Notes under the pieces: generated by a model
What the model was told of the DNA's origin: nothing
Database searches by the model: none
Seen by the model: only the letters and a program-made list of their open reading frames with translations
NCBI GenBank assembly: GCA_040285855.1
Contig: JAUFOQ010000005.1
Span: forward strand, 1,922,001 to 1,986,000
DNA: 64,000 nucleotides
Direction: 5' to 3'
Origin: Eukaryota sp. GEM-RC1
Taxonomy: Eukaryota
Shown here: piece after piece, positions 1-12,700 of the stretch
Layout of the letters: every line of letters starts with the position of its first letter
How positions within the stretch are numbered: position 1 is the first letter of the stretch
Made by a program: the position numbers and the translations under genes

Positions 1-430
1 ACTGGAATTCAGCAGAGTAATTCTGTTCTCTGGAAACCGTTACAAAAACTCAAACACAAAATTGTTGACACGTCTAGAAGAGCAGATTTCATGACGATTT
101 TTGCATGGGTAAAACCTACCTCAACAAATTCAGCCGAATATAACCCTATTATACGGAGTTTGACTCCCGTTGATTTCAACCAAATTGGAGTGAAAATTAG
201 TTCTCATAGGATTAAACTGGTAAGCATATGTTTCAGTAAGGGAATAATCCCACGATTGTAAACAATGAACAGTAAATTTGTTTTAATTTTGATTCAATAG
301 TAATCAAAGAATCCATCATGTTCAATTCTGAATGAATTTTCACTGTTCAATTGTAATAAAAATAACCGCTTACTGTTGTACAGTACATAATACATATCAT
401 TGTAAAAGCTATGAAACACTAGACATCGAA
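1..430 (-). repeat. Dispersed repeat, inverted copy of ~45980-46395; includes a decayed non-LTR retroelement fragment
   Basis: 1-95 is a near reverse complement of 46300-46395 (ACTGGAATTCAGCAGAGTAATTCTG) and similarity continues to ~430. The translation of the 46 kb copy, NSFLFEFLKRFP, matches NFIFEFVNRFP in the retroelement ORF at 41287. Confidence 0.8.
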
Positions 431-459
431 AATTTCTGATCAACAGTACAGTACCACAG

Positions 460-610
460 CTTTTTTATTGAAAATTTTTATTGACAACAACACTACAGTG
501 TACATACATCTAACAATCAATATCCTCAAGGTCCAGAATACCTATCTGGAAATTCTCATCTTCTACCAAGTGTCCGCCAAGAGATAATAAAGCAACTTCT
601 TAAATAGCAT
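460..610 (-). mobile_element. 3' end fragment of the RLE non-LTR retrotransposon family
   Basis: The reverse complement matches 42425-42510 (GAGGATATTGATT..TTAGATGTA..TGTACACTGTAGTGTT). Confidence 0.65.
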
Positions 611-694
611 TCAAAATGAGTCAGCTCGAGTCAGGCTTGAAGTTCATTTTTAACAACCCTACTTTTCCATCTCTTTTAACAAGAGTCTTGTTTA

Positions 695-1033
695 ATGATA
701 CGTGTTTACCTTTTCGTTTTGCTGATCGTTGTGTTTGCCAACTGTACTATCCATCAGGTCCAAGTTCACAATAGATCTTCTTATACATTAACAAGAACTA
801 AAAGGTCCACATCTGGTCGTATTGAGTCCCACCCTGCAAGGACTCTTTATCCACTTATGTGGACTACCTATGCCGTAAGTGGTGATAACATTTCTTGGAG
901 TGGCCTAAGATACACTGGCAACCGCCAGTCTGGATATATTAGATTTGGAGAAGGTGGGTGTACATGTGAGGGATGTGACTGCCGTGTTCAAACAGTGTCT
1001 TCTACCGCTTGGAAGGTCTATCTCTATTGCTAA
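695..1033 (+). CDS. Small secreted Cys-containing protein, possibly aegerolysin/Cry34-like beta-sandwich
   Basis: Intact 112-aa ATG ORF with an N-terminal signal peptide (MIRVYLFVLLIVVFANC), alternating beta-strand pattern and a C-terminal CxCxxCxC. The family call is pattern recognition only. Confidence 0.6.
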   Translation: MIRVYLFVLLIVVFANCTIHQVQVHNRSSYTLTRTKRSTSGRIESHPARTLYPLMWTTYAVSGDNISWSGLRYTGNRQSGYIRFGEGGCTCEGCDCRVQTVSSTAWKVYLYC

Positions 1034-1499
1034 TTATGTAGCGTGTGTCGGTTCTTTTTCTCAATTTTCACATCATTACTGATGTCTCAAGCTAAGTTAC
1101 AAGCCCCCAAGTTTGATCATCTACAAATTTTATACATACCGTCTTGGTAGGAATGTAAACTTAAAAAAGAGTCCAAGTGTGCTTGTATTGTTTACTTTCT
1201 ATTTGTCACAATTGACGCTAATAAACAATGGTTTTGGAGATATAACGAACAGTAGTGGTGTAATCTGTCAATCCCACCTTAGGACTGAACTATGATCCCA
1301 AAAACTCTCCTATTGCTGAAGGTGTGCTACTCATAAATTTGGTTTAAAATAGTTAAAAAGCTCTTTGCCAATATAATTGAAACAATAAAAATTGTAAATT
1401 ATTTAGAAAAACATTTTGTAGTTTTTATTATTTATACTGTAATAGATCAAACAAATAATATTTGATATCATTAAAACAACACCCGTCGCTATCAAATCT

Positions 1500-2235
1500 G
1501 ACAACAGCAGCTTTGTACCCATTAAAGGAACTCACTGCTAAAAAAGCTTTGGAGATGATTAGGGGAACTGTTTTTAAAACAGTAAAAACGATTTGATTCA
1601 ACCATAACGTTGAATAAAACGTTTGTGCATTCTATTTTTAAATCTTTTCCGAAATCGTTAAATCAATTCAATGTACTTCTTCCTTAATGTGAGTAAATTT
1701 AAACAGCAAAAGGGCATAATTCGTATTCAACATTTTTTACACGTTTTAGATCCATCAATGTTTTCTTGTACTTATCTTGTTTAGTTTGTCCAAAGATGAC
1801 TAAATGAGAAGTTTCCGAGTGAGCCTTCTTTAAAGACGTCTTTTCACAAGCATCCACTGCTTCTACATCAACAACAAATAATTTGTCTGAAGAAGAAGGG
1901 ACAACAGCGTCTGCCCCCGTTTACCAAAAAAGTTGGTTATGTTTTTGGACATTACATTTGTAACATGAATCTAAAGATCTTGGAAGTGGCTCAACAAATG
2001 ACTCAATGTTGTAAGACTTACACATATCATGTATTTAATCTCGTACAGCATCATGCATACACATTCGGTAAGTTATGTAGCCGTTACAAATTAACAGATG
2101 AGAAAACGTAAATTGTTTTCCACAGCAACATTGAAGATCCTTTGGCAGATTAGAAGGCCCTGAATAGCAACGAAGTATCACTTTACTGGTTCATTGACGA
2201 TCATTCAATAATAAACCATAGTCTTGTGTAATTTG
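1500..2235 (-). mobile_element. Decayed non-LTR retrotransposon fragment (zinc knuckle + restriction-like endonuclease)
   Basis: The minus strand reads QDYGLLLND..LPKDLQCCCGKQFTFSHLLIC..MHDAVRD*IHDMCKSYNIESFVEPL, homologous to ORF 41679-42239, with stops. Confidence 0.75.
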
Positions 2236-5230
2236 CAGTGTTGTCAAATGCGCACTATTTCCAGAAATGAAATGCGTCAAAATGCGCCAAATGCGCGCAT
2301 TTCTGCACATTTTGATTTCGAACTTGAGACACCCCATAAATAAAATTCTTTTCGTCATACTGATAGATGTCCTCGTAATTCTCTATATTCCATGCCCGTT
2401 TCGAGATGTATCTAAATCCCACATTATTGGGCATCACGGTCCAATTGTATACCAACCTCCTTCCAAAAGTTCTGTTGTATCAGAAGCTACAGTTCATTGT
2501 CATCATTGTGTCCACCAGTCCGTCACTGGATCTAATCGATTGAAACAACACTTTGTACCGGGGACGACGTAGTGTTTTCTTGTTCAAAACTCGTTGCAAG
2601 TCTTTAAGCTGAGTTGGGAGCGAAATCGCACATCCTCCTCTCATTGACCAATCTCATTGAACAACTGTTACCGTTAATCACATACTCTATACAGACAATG
2701 TGTTTCAACTTTCAGGACAAACAGTGGACGTGTGTGGCTTAATAAGTGGTCTTTACACCATATTTTATTCAGTATTTTATACGATATTAACCGTTTATGG
2801 TTTTGTATCCATTTACATTGTTCGTTAGTATGGGTAAAACAGATGTTTGATCAAAAGTTTTGCCGCTAACTTCATAGATTTTAAACCAATTCATTGTGAT
2901 ATCAAAAGAATGTTCATTGAATTGTATGCAGTACAACTTTGCATTTGTCCAACGAAAGAGGGACTGCATAACACTGTTTTAAGATCAACATCACTGTTAT
3001 TTGGTTATACCGACTTATACAGAAGCACAACAAAAAAAATTGGGAAATCGTCAATTTACATCACATAAGTAAATAACAATTCATTTAACATCAATACTCT
3101 TTTGCTAATGACTACAACTAATACAACTCTTCAACAAGGTCATTCTTATACAAACATCCAACACTTGCAGCATGATGTTTACTCTTGGTTCCTTTCGAGT
3201 GATAAAAGCTTCGACATAACTCAGAAAAACCAGAACCGTTGGGATATACGATGTGGCTCCTCTACACCTTGTCCCTGTTACATCCACTGTTTTCAGGACA
3301 CAGACACCCACGAATGGGAAATAAGAAAGTTTGTCGATCACATTGCTTCCTGCCAATCCTTATGTTTTACGACCTTGCCGAAACAAATCTGTGCCATTTT
3401 AATGGCAGAAGAAGTGAGAGGTGGAAAGATTACCAGACCATCTGTATTTGCTAAGAAGCTGAAAACCAAGTACTTTATTGATATAAGTCCGAGCAAAGCC
3501 TGTCGAGCTCTAGAGGCCACTAACGAACTACTTTATGGTTCGTTAGATACATCATACACCTTTCTGGAACCCTTTTTCCAAAGTCTCAACTCCACTAATC
3601 CCAACTCTCCTTTTAAGCTGAATGTTGCACCTGATGGCACATTTGAGCGCTTTTTTCTTTACTTTTCAACCTCTTGTGAAAGGATTTGAGTTTTTAAGGC
3701 CTGTTATCGTGATAGATGGAACTCATCTGAGGTCCAAATACAAGGGAACATTGTTGGCTGCTGCTGGCATTGATGCCAACGGACATTTCTTTCCTATAGC
3801 TTTTGAAATTACTCGAACGGAAAATGTAATAAATTGGAGAAGCTTTTTGGAGAATTTGAATGACAATTTTGCAATCAACGACAAAACAGTATTTATTAGT
3901 GACAGAAATCCAGCCATATCCCGTACGCTCGTCGAAGTTTTTGGTGAAGAAACTTACCACTCTGTTTGCTGTAAACATCTCAGTGACAATCTCTCGTCCA
4001 GAGGTGGAAAGAAAGCAATGAAATTGTTTTGGAAATGTGCAAGAGCTAGTACGTTAATCGAATTTAACCGCTATTGGCAGCTCCTTCAAATCCAGTGCCC
4101 AATGGGTTATACTTATTTGGAAGAGTCAGCTCCGAAAGAATCTTGGTCGACAGTACACTTTGAAGGGAATAGATATGGACAACTCACCTCCAATATCATT
4201 GAATCCTTAAATGCATGGCTTCTTCCAGTTCGCTCTTTGCCAGTGACTTCAATGGTTAACGGTATCTTTGAAGCAATGACTGATTTGTTCAGAAGAAGAA
4301 AAGATGAATCACTGAAGATGCATGGAGAATTCGTTGATGATGTTGAAGAGTATTTGTTGCCGTCGATATTGAGAGCTCGCAGTTTAGAAGTAACCACGTT
4401 CTCCGACAGTTTGTTTTCCGTGAGAGAAAACGAATTTGTGTTTTCTGTGGATCTGAAGTACAAAACGTGCAGTTGCGGATTCTGGAAACAACATGATGTG
4501 CCATGTATTCACGTAATGGCAGTTTCGAGACGTGTTAGAATTCACCCCAGATCTTTAGTCTCTCCCTACTATTTAGTTACTAATTTTAAGAAGACGTATG
4601 ATGGCGAATTTTATCCAATCGATTATAGAAGGAATATCTAAGAACTAGAAAGTGATGTGTTTCCTCCTTTAGATACAGTAATGCCAGGTCGTCCGCCAAT
4701 TTCACGTAAGGACAAGTACTCACGTACTAAACGCTTTAATCAAAGGGATTCGATGAGAAGGATGCGAGTAGCGACAGTGAAGAAGTAGAACCTGACGCAG
4801 CAGCAACGGAAGAGAATCAGGAAGGAATGCCTCTCTCCCCACGTAGATGTGGTCATTGTAGAATTATTGGGCACGACAGAAGAAACTGCCCAGAGTGGAT
4901 TGTGTTGCAGCAAGGTGCCAGCAGTATGATACCAACAGTAGTAGATGGTTCAGCACCAAGACCACGACAACGTAAGTGTAGAAATTGTGACCAAGTTGGT
5001 CATGACAGGAGAAACTGTCCAACGAAATAGGTTTTATGAGTTGAAACAATGATTGCAAAATAAAGTAATATTAGATGAAAAATGCAATTAATGTATATTA
5101 GTGATGAAATCTGTATAAATCCCAAAAAAATTCCAAAAAAAAATCTCAAAGTCAAAATGCGCAAGATCACAAAATCCCAAATGCGTAAAAGGCGTCAAAA
5201 TTGACGCATTTCTGAAAATTGATAACACTG
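2236..5230 (+). mobile_element. DNA transposon carrying a MULE transposase, bounded by short CAGTGTT terminal inverted repeats
   Basis: Left end CAGTGTTGTCAAAT; right end reverse complement CAGTGTTATCAATT (12/14). Subterminal AAATGCG repeats at both ends. No TSD seen. Confidence 0.7.
3102..5030 (+). pseudogene. Mutator/MULE transposase with SWIM and two CCHC zinc knuckles, disrupted
   Basis: Motifs IDGTHL, FISDR, CCKHL, TSNIIESLN; SWIM CSCGFWKQHDVPCIH; PGRPP; CGHCRIIGHDRRNC and CRNCDQVGHDRRNC. Frameshift near 3680, in-frame TAA at 4639-4641 and a further frameshift before 4827. Confidence 0.9.
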
Positions 5231-5968
5231 GAGAAATCTATGTATTTCAGAAACAAATTGGTACGAGCAAGATGATTAGTTCATTACTTAATGTTTTGTC
5301 TACATAAACAATCACTTGTTAATTGGTCACTTAGGTGCCCAGCTCAGTTATCCAAATAAAATAGTACTGATTTTTTGGTAAGGCATTCCTTGCTACCTCC
5401 TTTCACGGTGTTGAATTTTCTAGAGCTACAGCTTTGTATCAGAGTCCATATTTTGGTGGAGCGAAAATAATTTTTGAGTACTCATGGTCCAATCTGTCCA
5501 ATTAGACAACTGTATATTATATTCATAGTACTTTCTTTTCTTTTTGAACCATCAGGTCAATCAGGGTATGATGCAGTTTTACGGTCTTCGCTAGCCCGTA
5601 TTTTGGATGACACAAAGTTCAGTTGTTTTTTGTAACTTTTTTTGTAGAGTAACTTATATTGAGCAAAAACAAACAGTAACATAATTACAAAACATGAAAC
5701 TCACACCAGCTCTCTCTTCATGAAAAATACTGAAATCTAATAGAGCCTTTGGAAATCATTATAGGAATTTTTTAACTGATGGTAGATACGAGACGATTCA
5801 ACCAAAACTTACAGTCAATTTTCTTGTCCGTTCTTTTTTTTGACAACTTTCTCAAAATCAGAGAGAGAGACAAGAACGTCTTTTCCGAGTCAAATTGAAA
5901 TGGCAAAATGACATATATTGTACTCAACATGTCTGGTATGTTTGACAGTCAAGGATACATCATATTTG

Positions 5969-6480
5969 CAGTGTTGCGCCATAACCAAAAACAAATTTGC
6001 CATACGCGTATGGACGAATGGACGTATAATGTGATGGCAGAATGGCAATGGCCATCAAACCATATTTAGCAGAATCTTTCCAACATCACTTAACTTCATC
6101 ATCAAAAACCATCTCATACACTTCAATTTGTCATCAAATTAGTACAACAAGTACGCTCTGTAGAATCGTGGGAAAAAGTTTGAGTACGTACTCATTCATT
6201 CACAACAAACGATGAAACAAATTTATTGTACTTTTTCACTTTATAGAACTATTTTTAAAAAAAAGTGAGATAAGAGCAAAAACAGACTTATAATGGAGCG
6301 CACAAAATACTGGTTTCTATACACATCAATGGAACTAAGATGAAAGGCATCCAGCAGTGGCAGCAGAAATAGTATCCTGATGGTGATAATTTTTCCAATG
6401 AGATGGATAAGATGATGTGGAGGTTTTGTTTTCAATAAAGTATATTTATCTACATAATTATAAACATGTCATAGAGTCTC
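5969..6480 (-). mobile_element. Truncated hAT-type MITE, inverted copy of 49783-50421
   Basis: Starts CAGTGTTGCGCCATAACCAAAAA, the reverse complement of the end at 50421, and stays similar for ~500 bp. The other end is missing. Confidence 0.8.
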
Positions 6481-8008
6481 ATCATTTGTTTATACCTGTC
6501 CCAAACGTACTAGTAGTGTAATAATTAAGAATAGAATTGTGTCATCTGCTGAAATGTTAGCAATAGCGGCGGTCATCAGAAAATGTGCTCTTTGAGGTCG
6601 AGTCAAGAATTGACTGTTTGAAATTTTGAAACGGTTTCCCTTGCATGGAATTAATCTTTTGAATTCCAGTAACTGTCGTTGTATTCAATCTACTAAAGAT
6701 TTAGTTTGGTCTCTGTCTCGTGAAATGTGGGATGCTTTATTCCCTGTTCACTTAAAGAAGACTGTGTTGCCGTAAGGTCAACGGTGATAAGAAAGAAGAG
6801 TTTATGGTATAAAGAAATTCTGAAGATTAAGTGACACGTCATCAGATGTGAAGATATCTACTAGGTATCGCTATCTTCACTAACAACTGCAATAATATTT
6901 CATCTCTACCCTCTGCTGTGTGTAAGCTCCAAAATAAAATGACAAAGGAGTTTGAACTCTGGGACTTTAATAATCGTATTAGCTTGGCTGAAACTAGTAG
7001 TCATGAGTTCGCTGTTTTTTAGTTGACCATTGTAACAGTGGACCGTCTGGATATTTTCTCACATTCCTAATGTGTTTGGATTACATCTATCTGATGCAGC
7101 TTGGATAATGATCAAAATGCGTCTTTGTTTGGCTATTTGGCCTGCAAATTTATTAAACTATCCAACTTGCTCTTTTTGAGCTAATGGTGGTTTTCTCATT
7201 TAATCAATTGTCGTTATTGTATTCATCTACGTGCAATAATTCGTGATAGTGTACATGATTCTTGTTGTTCCTTGTGTTAGTGAATAGTGACGTGGCAATA
7301 ATTCTTCTTTCTTGTATAGATCAATAAACAAGCTTTTCTTCACACTATTGGTGAAAGCACCAACACATGTTTAAATCAAACGGCTCTCACTCTATAGTTA
7401 CAGAAGGATCATAGTTTAGATACTTTAGTTAGAGTCTGTTAGAAAAAAACGGGGTTATGATCAGTCAGTGAAATAAATGCATTTGCAGAAGTTAATAACT
7501 AACAGATACTAACTAAAGTTTCTTTAATGACATAGGTGGATCAAAAGAGTGGTTGGTAATAAAACGACTCTGCGATGGAGTTTTCATTCACTTGCAGAGA
7601 ATTTACTACATTGTACTTTTAACTCACTTACACCTGTAGCAAACAGACAGTGACTTCAATGGACAAGTTTGTTTTCATTTCAGTGGGACTGGAATTCCAG
7701 GTACTATTTCAAATACCTGGTACGGTGTTGTTAAGATTAGTTCCGGATTTAGAGGTATTTGTATCTCCTTTGTTGATATTGGGGATAATCTTTTTTTTGA
7801 TTTAATTAAAGGTCCTTTGTCATTAAAGTTTACCACTGAATGGTGCTCGAACCAGTGACTCAAAAAGTGAGTTTAATCATGTTAAAACCAATCCATCACA
7901 TTCGATATTACAAAACTAAGTTTAAAATACACACTACAATGTATTTTGAATCGTATCGATCCAAATATAATCATTTCAATCCATTCTAAAAATTTTAAAT
8001 ATCAAAAA

Positions 8009-9316
8009 CTAATAACCTTTGCTTCGGTCAATAAAATTAATAAATTCACAATCTTCTTTAACTGCATTAATATTAGAAACAACATCTTTAAAATAACTTA
8101 CATCCATGGCAGGACTATCAGCTCGATGAGGGGACATTAGAACATTAGAAAGCGTGTGAAAAGGAAAAGAAAACGGAAACTTGGCATCGTCATCATTGGG
8201 ATCAAGTGATTGAGGATCATTCTCCTTCCAAAAAACATCAGATGCAAATCCCGACAGCAATCCCGACTGTAAAGCTTCAAATAGAGGTTCTTCTTGAAAC
8301 ACTTCTCCCCTTGATACATTTACAATACAACCTCCTGAAAGCAATCTACAATGACGTCGACCAATCAAATGACGTGTATCATTAGTCAAAGGTAAACAGA
8401 CAACAATCGAATCAACTTCTGTAAGAAACTCGTCCAATCGATCAATGGTGTAAACTTGTTCATTACAATGAGGCCCGACACGGCTAGTTTTCTTACAAAT
8501 GCTAACTTCACTACCTAACGCTTTCAAAAGATCAACAACCCTTCTCCCAATAAAACCATACCCTAAAACCCCTACTTTAGATCGAGATAGAGGAACATTA
8601 TGAGGAGAAGGTCCCTGTTCATCAACCCCTGGACTAGACACTTCTAACCATTCTCCACGTAACATGGCAGAGTGGTAGTGAAGAAGTCGGAAGTGAAGAG
8701 CGTAAAGCATTGCAATAGCGTGTTCTGCCACAGCCGCACAGTTACCATGGTTATTGGCCAAGGGGATTTCAGGGAAAGGAGAGAGTAGCTGAATAAGGTC
8801 ATCGACACCTGCATAAGGAGATTGGAACAGTTGGAGAGTGGGGAGGGCGTTGAGAAGGACGGGGTAAGGACAAGAATGTGCAAGGCCAATGATGATATTG
8901 GAACCTACGGCCAACCTGTTTAGTTCCTTTTCTCTGTCAGATGAAGCAAGGGTGTGGTTTATGCAGATGATCTCGGCTCCAGGACAAGAGGTTCTTAAGT
9001 GATGAATGACGGATCTAGGCAAATTGACAGTTACAAGGACCTTGGTTTTATTTGATGGAGATGTAGAAAGAGGAGTACTGGGGTAACGTTCGAGATTCCT
9101 GGCTGAAGTGGGACAAAAGGAACGAGGGGAAGAAGGAATACTCTGGGATTTAGGTGTATCAACATCTAAATGCAAGGAGGTGTCTAACGGAATCATTCTG
9201 GCCATCCCCAGAGAAGTAGAAGTTCGATGAGAAGTACTGGAGGAGTTTAAACGAGATAGATGTGGAGAAGTAGCAGGTCTTGGGGATCCATCGGAGAAGA
9301 AGCGTTGATGATACAT
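8009..9316 (-). CDS. D-isomer-specific 2-hydroxyacid dehydrogenase (NAD-binding) with Ser/Pro-rich N-terminal extension
   Basis: AVAEHA, Rossmann GVLGYGFIG, CLPLTNDT, VNVSRG, ASDVF, SPH motifs. Confidence 0.92.
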   Translation of the reverse strand: MYHQRFFSDGSPRPATSPHLSRLNSSSTSHRTSTSLGMARMIPLDTSLHLDVDTPKSQSIPSSPRSFCPTSARNLERYPSTPLSTSPSNKTKVLVTVNLPRSVIHHLRTSCPGAEIICINHTLASSDREKELNRLAVGSNIIIGLAHSCPYPVLLNALPTLQLFQSPYAGVDDLIQLLSPFPEIPLANNHGNCAAVAEHAIAMLYALHFRLLHYHSAMLRGEWLEVSSPGVDEQGPSPHNVPLSRSKVGVLGYGFIGRRVVDLLKALGSEVSICKKTSRVGPHCNEQVYTIDRLDEFLTEVDSIVVCLPLTNDTRHLIGRRHCRLLSGGCIVNVSRGEVFQEEPLFEALQSGLLSGFASDVFWKENDPQSLDPNDDDAKFPFSFPFHTLSNVLMSPHRADSPAMDVSYFKDVVSNINAVKEDCEFINFIDRSKGY

Positions 9317-9721
9317 AGAAACTAAAGTGATTGATGTTTATCGAAGGAACTGAGTGTCTATTGAAATCACTATTTCGCTTCCTCAACAAATACACTCAAG
9401 AATGAGAGCACTGTAGGTTAGTACAATGTGTCTGAGACCATAGAAGTTCTGAATCAATTTGCTGAGTCCATCTTTTTCTGAATCATGATGATTTATGGTT
9501 AGTTTTCAGTTTTTTAAGTGAGATAATTCGGTGAAGATTTATTATATTTACACGTCATCATTTTAGTAAGAACGATACCTTTTATTGTAGTGTATGCACG
9601 ATATTTATACAACACAGATTCCGTATCATGTTCTTTACAGTTTTAGTTCCCATTACTACACTATTTTTTCTATTCTAGTAAAGCGAAAATTTTGCAAAAA
9701 AAAAATTCACACATATACAAT

Positions 9722-12700
9722 TTACATGTCCAAATCAAAACCATTTTCAACTGCAGCTAGTGTCCACACTTTATGCCAGCTTTTGAAATTCTTCAAATAT
9801 TTGAAATATTCAGGCAGATAAGGAGCTTGTAGAAAATGTTCCTTAGGATTTGGCCGACCAGCAGTGGGCAAAAATATCGTCAAATTGTGGAAAATTGCAC
9901 AAATTCTGAACAGAAGCAGTATAAGACGGTAAAACGGAAAGACAAGTACAACATAAAAAGGGCTTTTCAAATCTCTTCTTTTGAATAAAGTGAAATAATT
10001 AAAGACGAAGAAAATGATATACTGCACAATTATGACTCGTAAAAAGATTATCGCCAAAGTTTGATAGTCACACAAAAGAACGAAATACAACAAAATGAAA
10101 ATTCTGAAATAATCTTGAATAATCGAAAATATTTCATGCAAGAAGAAGAATTTCAGAATAATGGTTTTCCTATCCCAAAATCTCAAAAGATGTTCTAATT
10201 GCCTAAACAACCATCGATGAGCCACAGAGTCCCAAGATTTGACACGTTGGCAGTACAAACTCTTGTCATCGTCAGCAAGTGGCTTTCTAAATAAATCAGA
10301 TCCAAAGTGAATAAGAGTCTGGGGGACGTGTGTAAGTACTGGAGTTTCGGCAAATGTAAGTATTTTTAAAATTTTACCATTGAATGGGTATTTACGAAGA
10401 ATTTGACCCATGAAGTTATCTTCACCTATAGTTAGTAAGAGCATCTACCATACCATGGAATTGGGAATCGTGATGTTCAAAAATATGATCGAGAACGTCA
10501 ACCTTCCAAATCGAGAGAGCTCCTGAAGGACAGATACAAGTACCAAAATCAGCTTGAAACAGCTTTAGGAAAGAGGCTAATAGATATTCAAAATCCTGAC
10601 ACCAAGTTAACAGTGATCGACTCAATGTTCTTGTATCTCCATCATTGTTGTCCATCATCTTGGTCACTTTCCTCTGTTTGTTTTCTTCTTCCCGATCAGT
10701 TCTTAAAGCAAATGCTGCACCTGCCACGTCATCATCAGCTGCCATCAAATCAGTCTTCCAATCAATATTAGCAGGAATTAAAACGTCATCATCCATAATC
10801 ACACAATATTTGATTTCATCACGCGGCAGAACTAAATGACGCAAAACCCATTTTAAAGCAATAGTTTTGTTTCCAACAGGAATATAAGCGTAATTAACGT
10901 TGAGCTCATACTCGTGATTGATTGCATTAATCACGTCAGCAATTTCGTCAGTTTTGGAAGGTGATAAGCTACCAGTGTTATGGCAAACATACACGTTATT
11001 TGATGGAACTGATTCGCACGCAAGCAAAAGACTTCGTTTGAAGTCAGCTTTAAGATTGTCTCGATAGTCGGAATATGCTTTCAAAACTTCCGAGTTTGAC
11101 TTTTGCTTAGAAACAGATTTACCATATTCTACAGCAGATTTACCTGTTGACATATAACTAGCAATTAGAATAACTACATTAGTATTGTTTTTCTTAGATT
11201 TTGAAATAACCGACGGCCATTTAGAATAAATCAAAGCAGCAGCAATCAAAAAGTATTCGAGAGAAAGGAATAGAACAGTTAGAAGAAGTGAATTGAGAGA
11301 GTGGAAACTTCTGTTTTGGTAGACGATAAAGCCAATAACACATATAACGAAAATAATTGGGATAACTAAAAATTTGATAAGAGTACGTTCAGTGGTACTC
11401 CTTTGGAAACTGGGCATCAACTCTCGAAAACCAACATATTTCTTCAAACTTTCAATCCACCGTTGACTTTTGAAGACTTCCACATCATCACCATCTGAAG
11501 AAGGTCCAGAATTGACTTTTTTCAAACAACTTTCCTGGAACTTCTCCGCTACAGCATCAACATCACAACTAGGTGAAGCAGGCGTGAACTCTAGAATAAC
11601 AGAAACAAGAAAGAAGAAAAGAAAAAAAGACTAAAAGAAGTGCGTCGACAATGAAAATAGAAGAAACTGAAGGATCAAAAGCTGAAAAGGAAACCGACAG
11701 CTCAGCAGTTGAAAAAGGATTGAGATCAGGATCAAGTTTAATCACAAAGCCATCAAAATTGATATCAGTGACAGAATAGGTTAATGGTTGATTACTCAGA
11801 CTTTTAAAAGAGGAAAGTGAATGAAGAATGATCGGATGACGTAGAAAAACAGTTGGAAAATCAATCTTAACAGACTGTTGAGCTGCAGAAAGATGTACAT
11901 CAGAATTATAATAATGACGGAACCCCTTCCCATCAAAAATGATTGCCTTAGAAGATAGAGACTTAAGGTTAGATTCGACAGTAAAGTGAACAGACGGCTT
12001 GGTAAATTTGACTTTACTAGAAAAGGAAGAGTTTATGATAGGTTCTAATTGATCAAACGTGATACTTTCCAAAAGGGGAAGAGTGATGGCATTATCAAAA
12101 CGAACAAGCTGACTGACAGCACTTGATGTGTGTTGAGAGGAGCTCGATTCTAAAGAATTCGACAGAGTTTTGATTGGATAATGACCCTCATCACAGCCAG
12201 TTCCCACAAGAACAAGATCAAAAACGACAGATTCAATCAGATTTGATTGGAAACGTGATATGGCAATGCTGACGGAAGTGTCGTCAACTAGCAAAACTTT
12301 TAAATTTTGAAGCGAGCTTGGAACGGTTCTGATTGAGGTAAAAACATCAAGCTGTATTGAAAACGCCGAAGGAATATCAAATTTTAAAATTTTTGATGAT
12401 TCTCCAATTTCGAAATGCACAGGAACACGTTCAGTATGAACAATAGTATTACTATTCAATACACAAAAAGCATTAGAAATTGCACTAGTTACTGGTTGAA
12501 AAAAAACTGAAATGAAAATAACAAAGAGGATTGTAACTATAATCAGTACCACATAGAAAATAGAGGGCAAAAAGGGGCGGAAAAGGTGAAGATTTGTAGT
12601 TGACTGCTTAACTTCAGATTCAATCAAGGGTTTATCTATGGGTTTAAAATGAAGAGAAATCAAGAATATAACGAGGGAATAGAGTGGAATAAGTAAAAGT

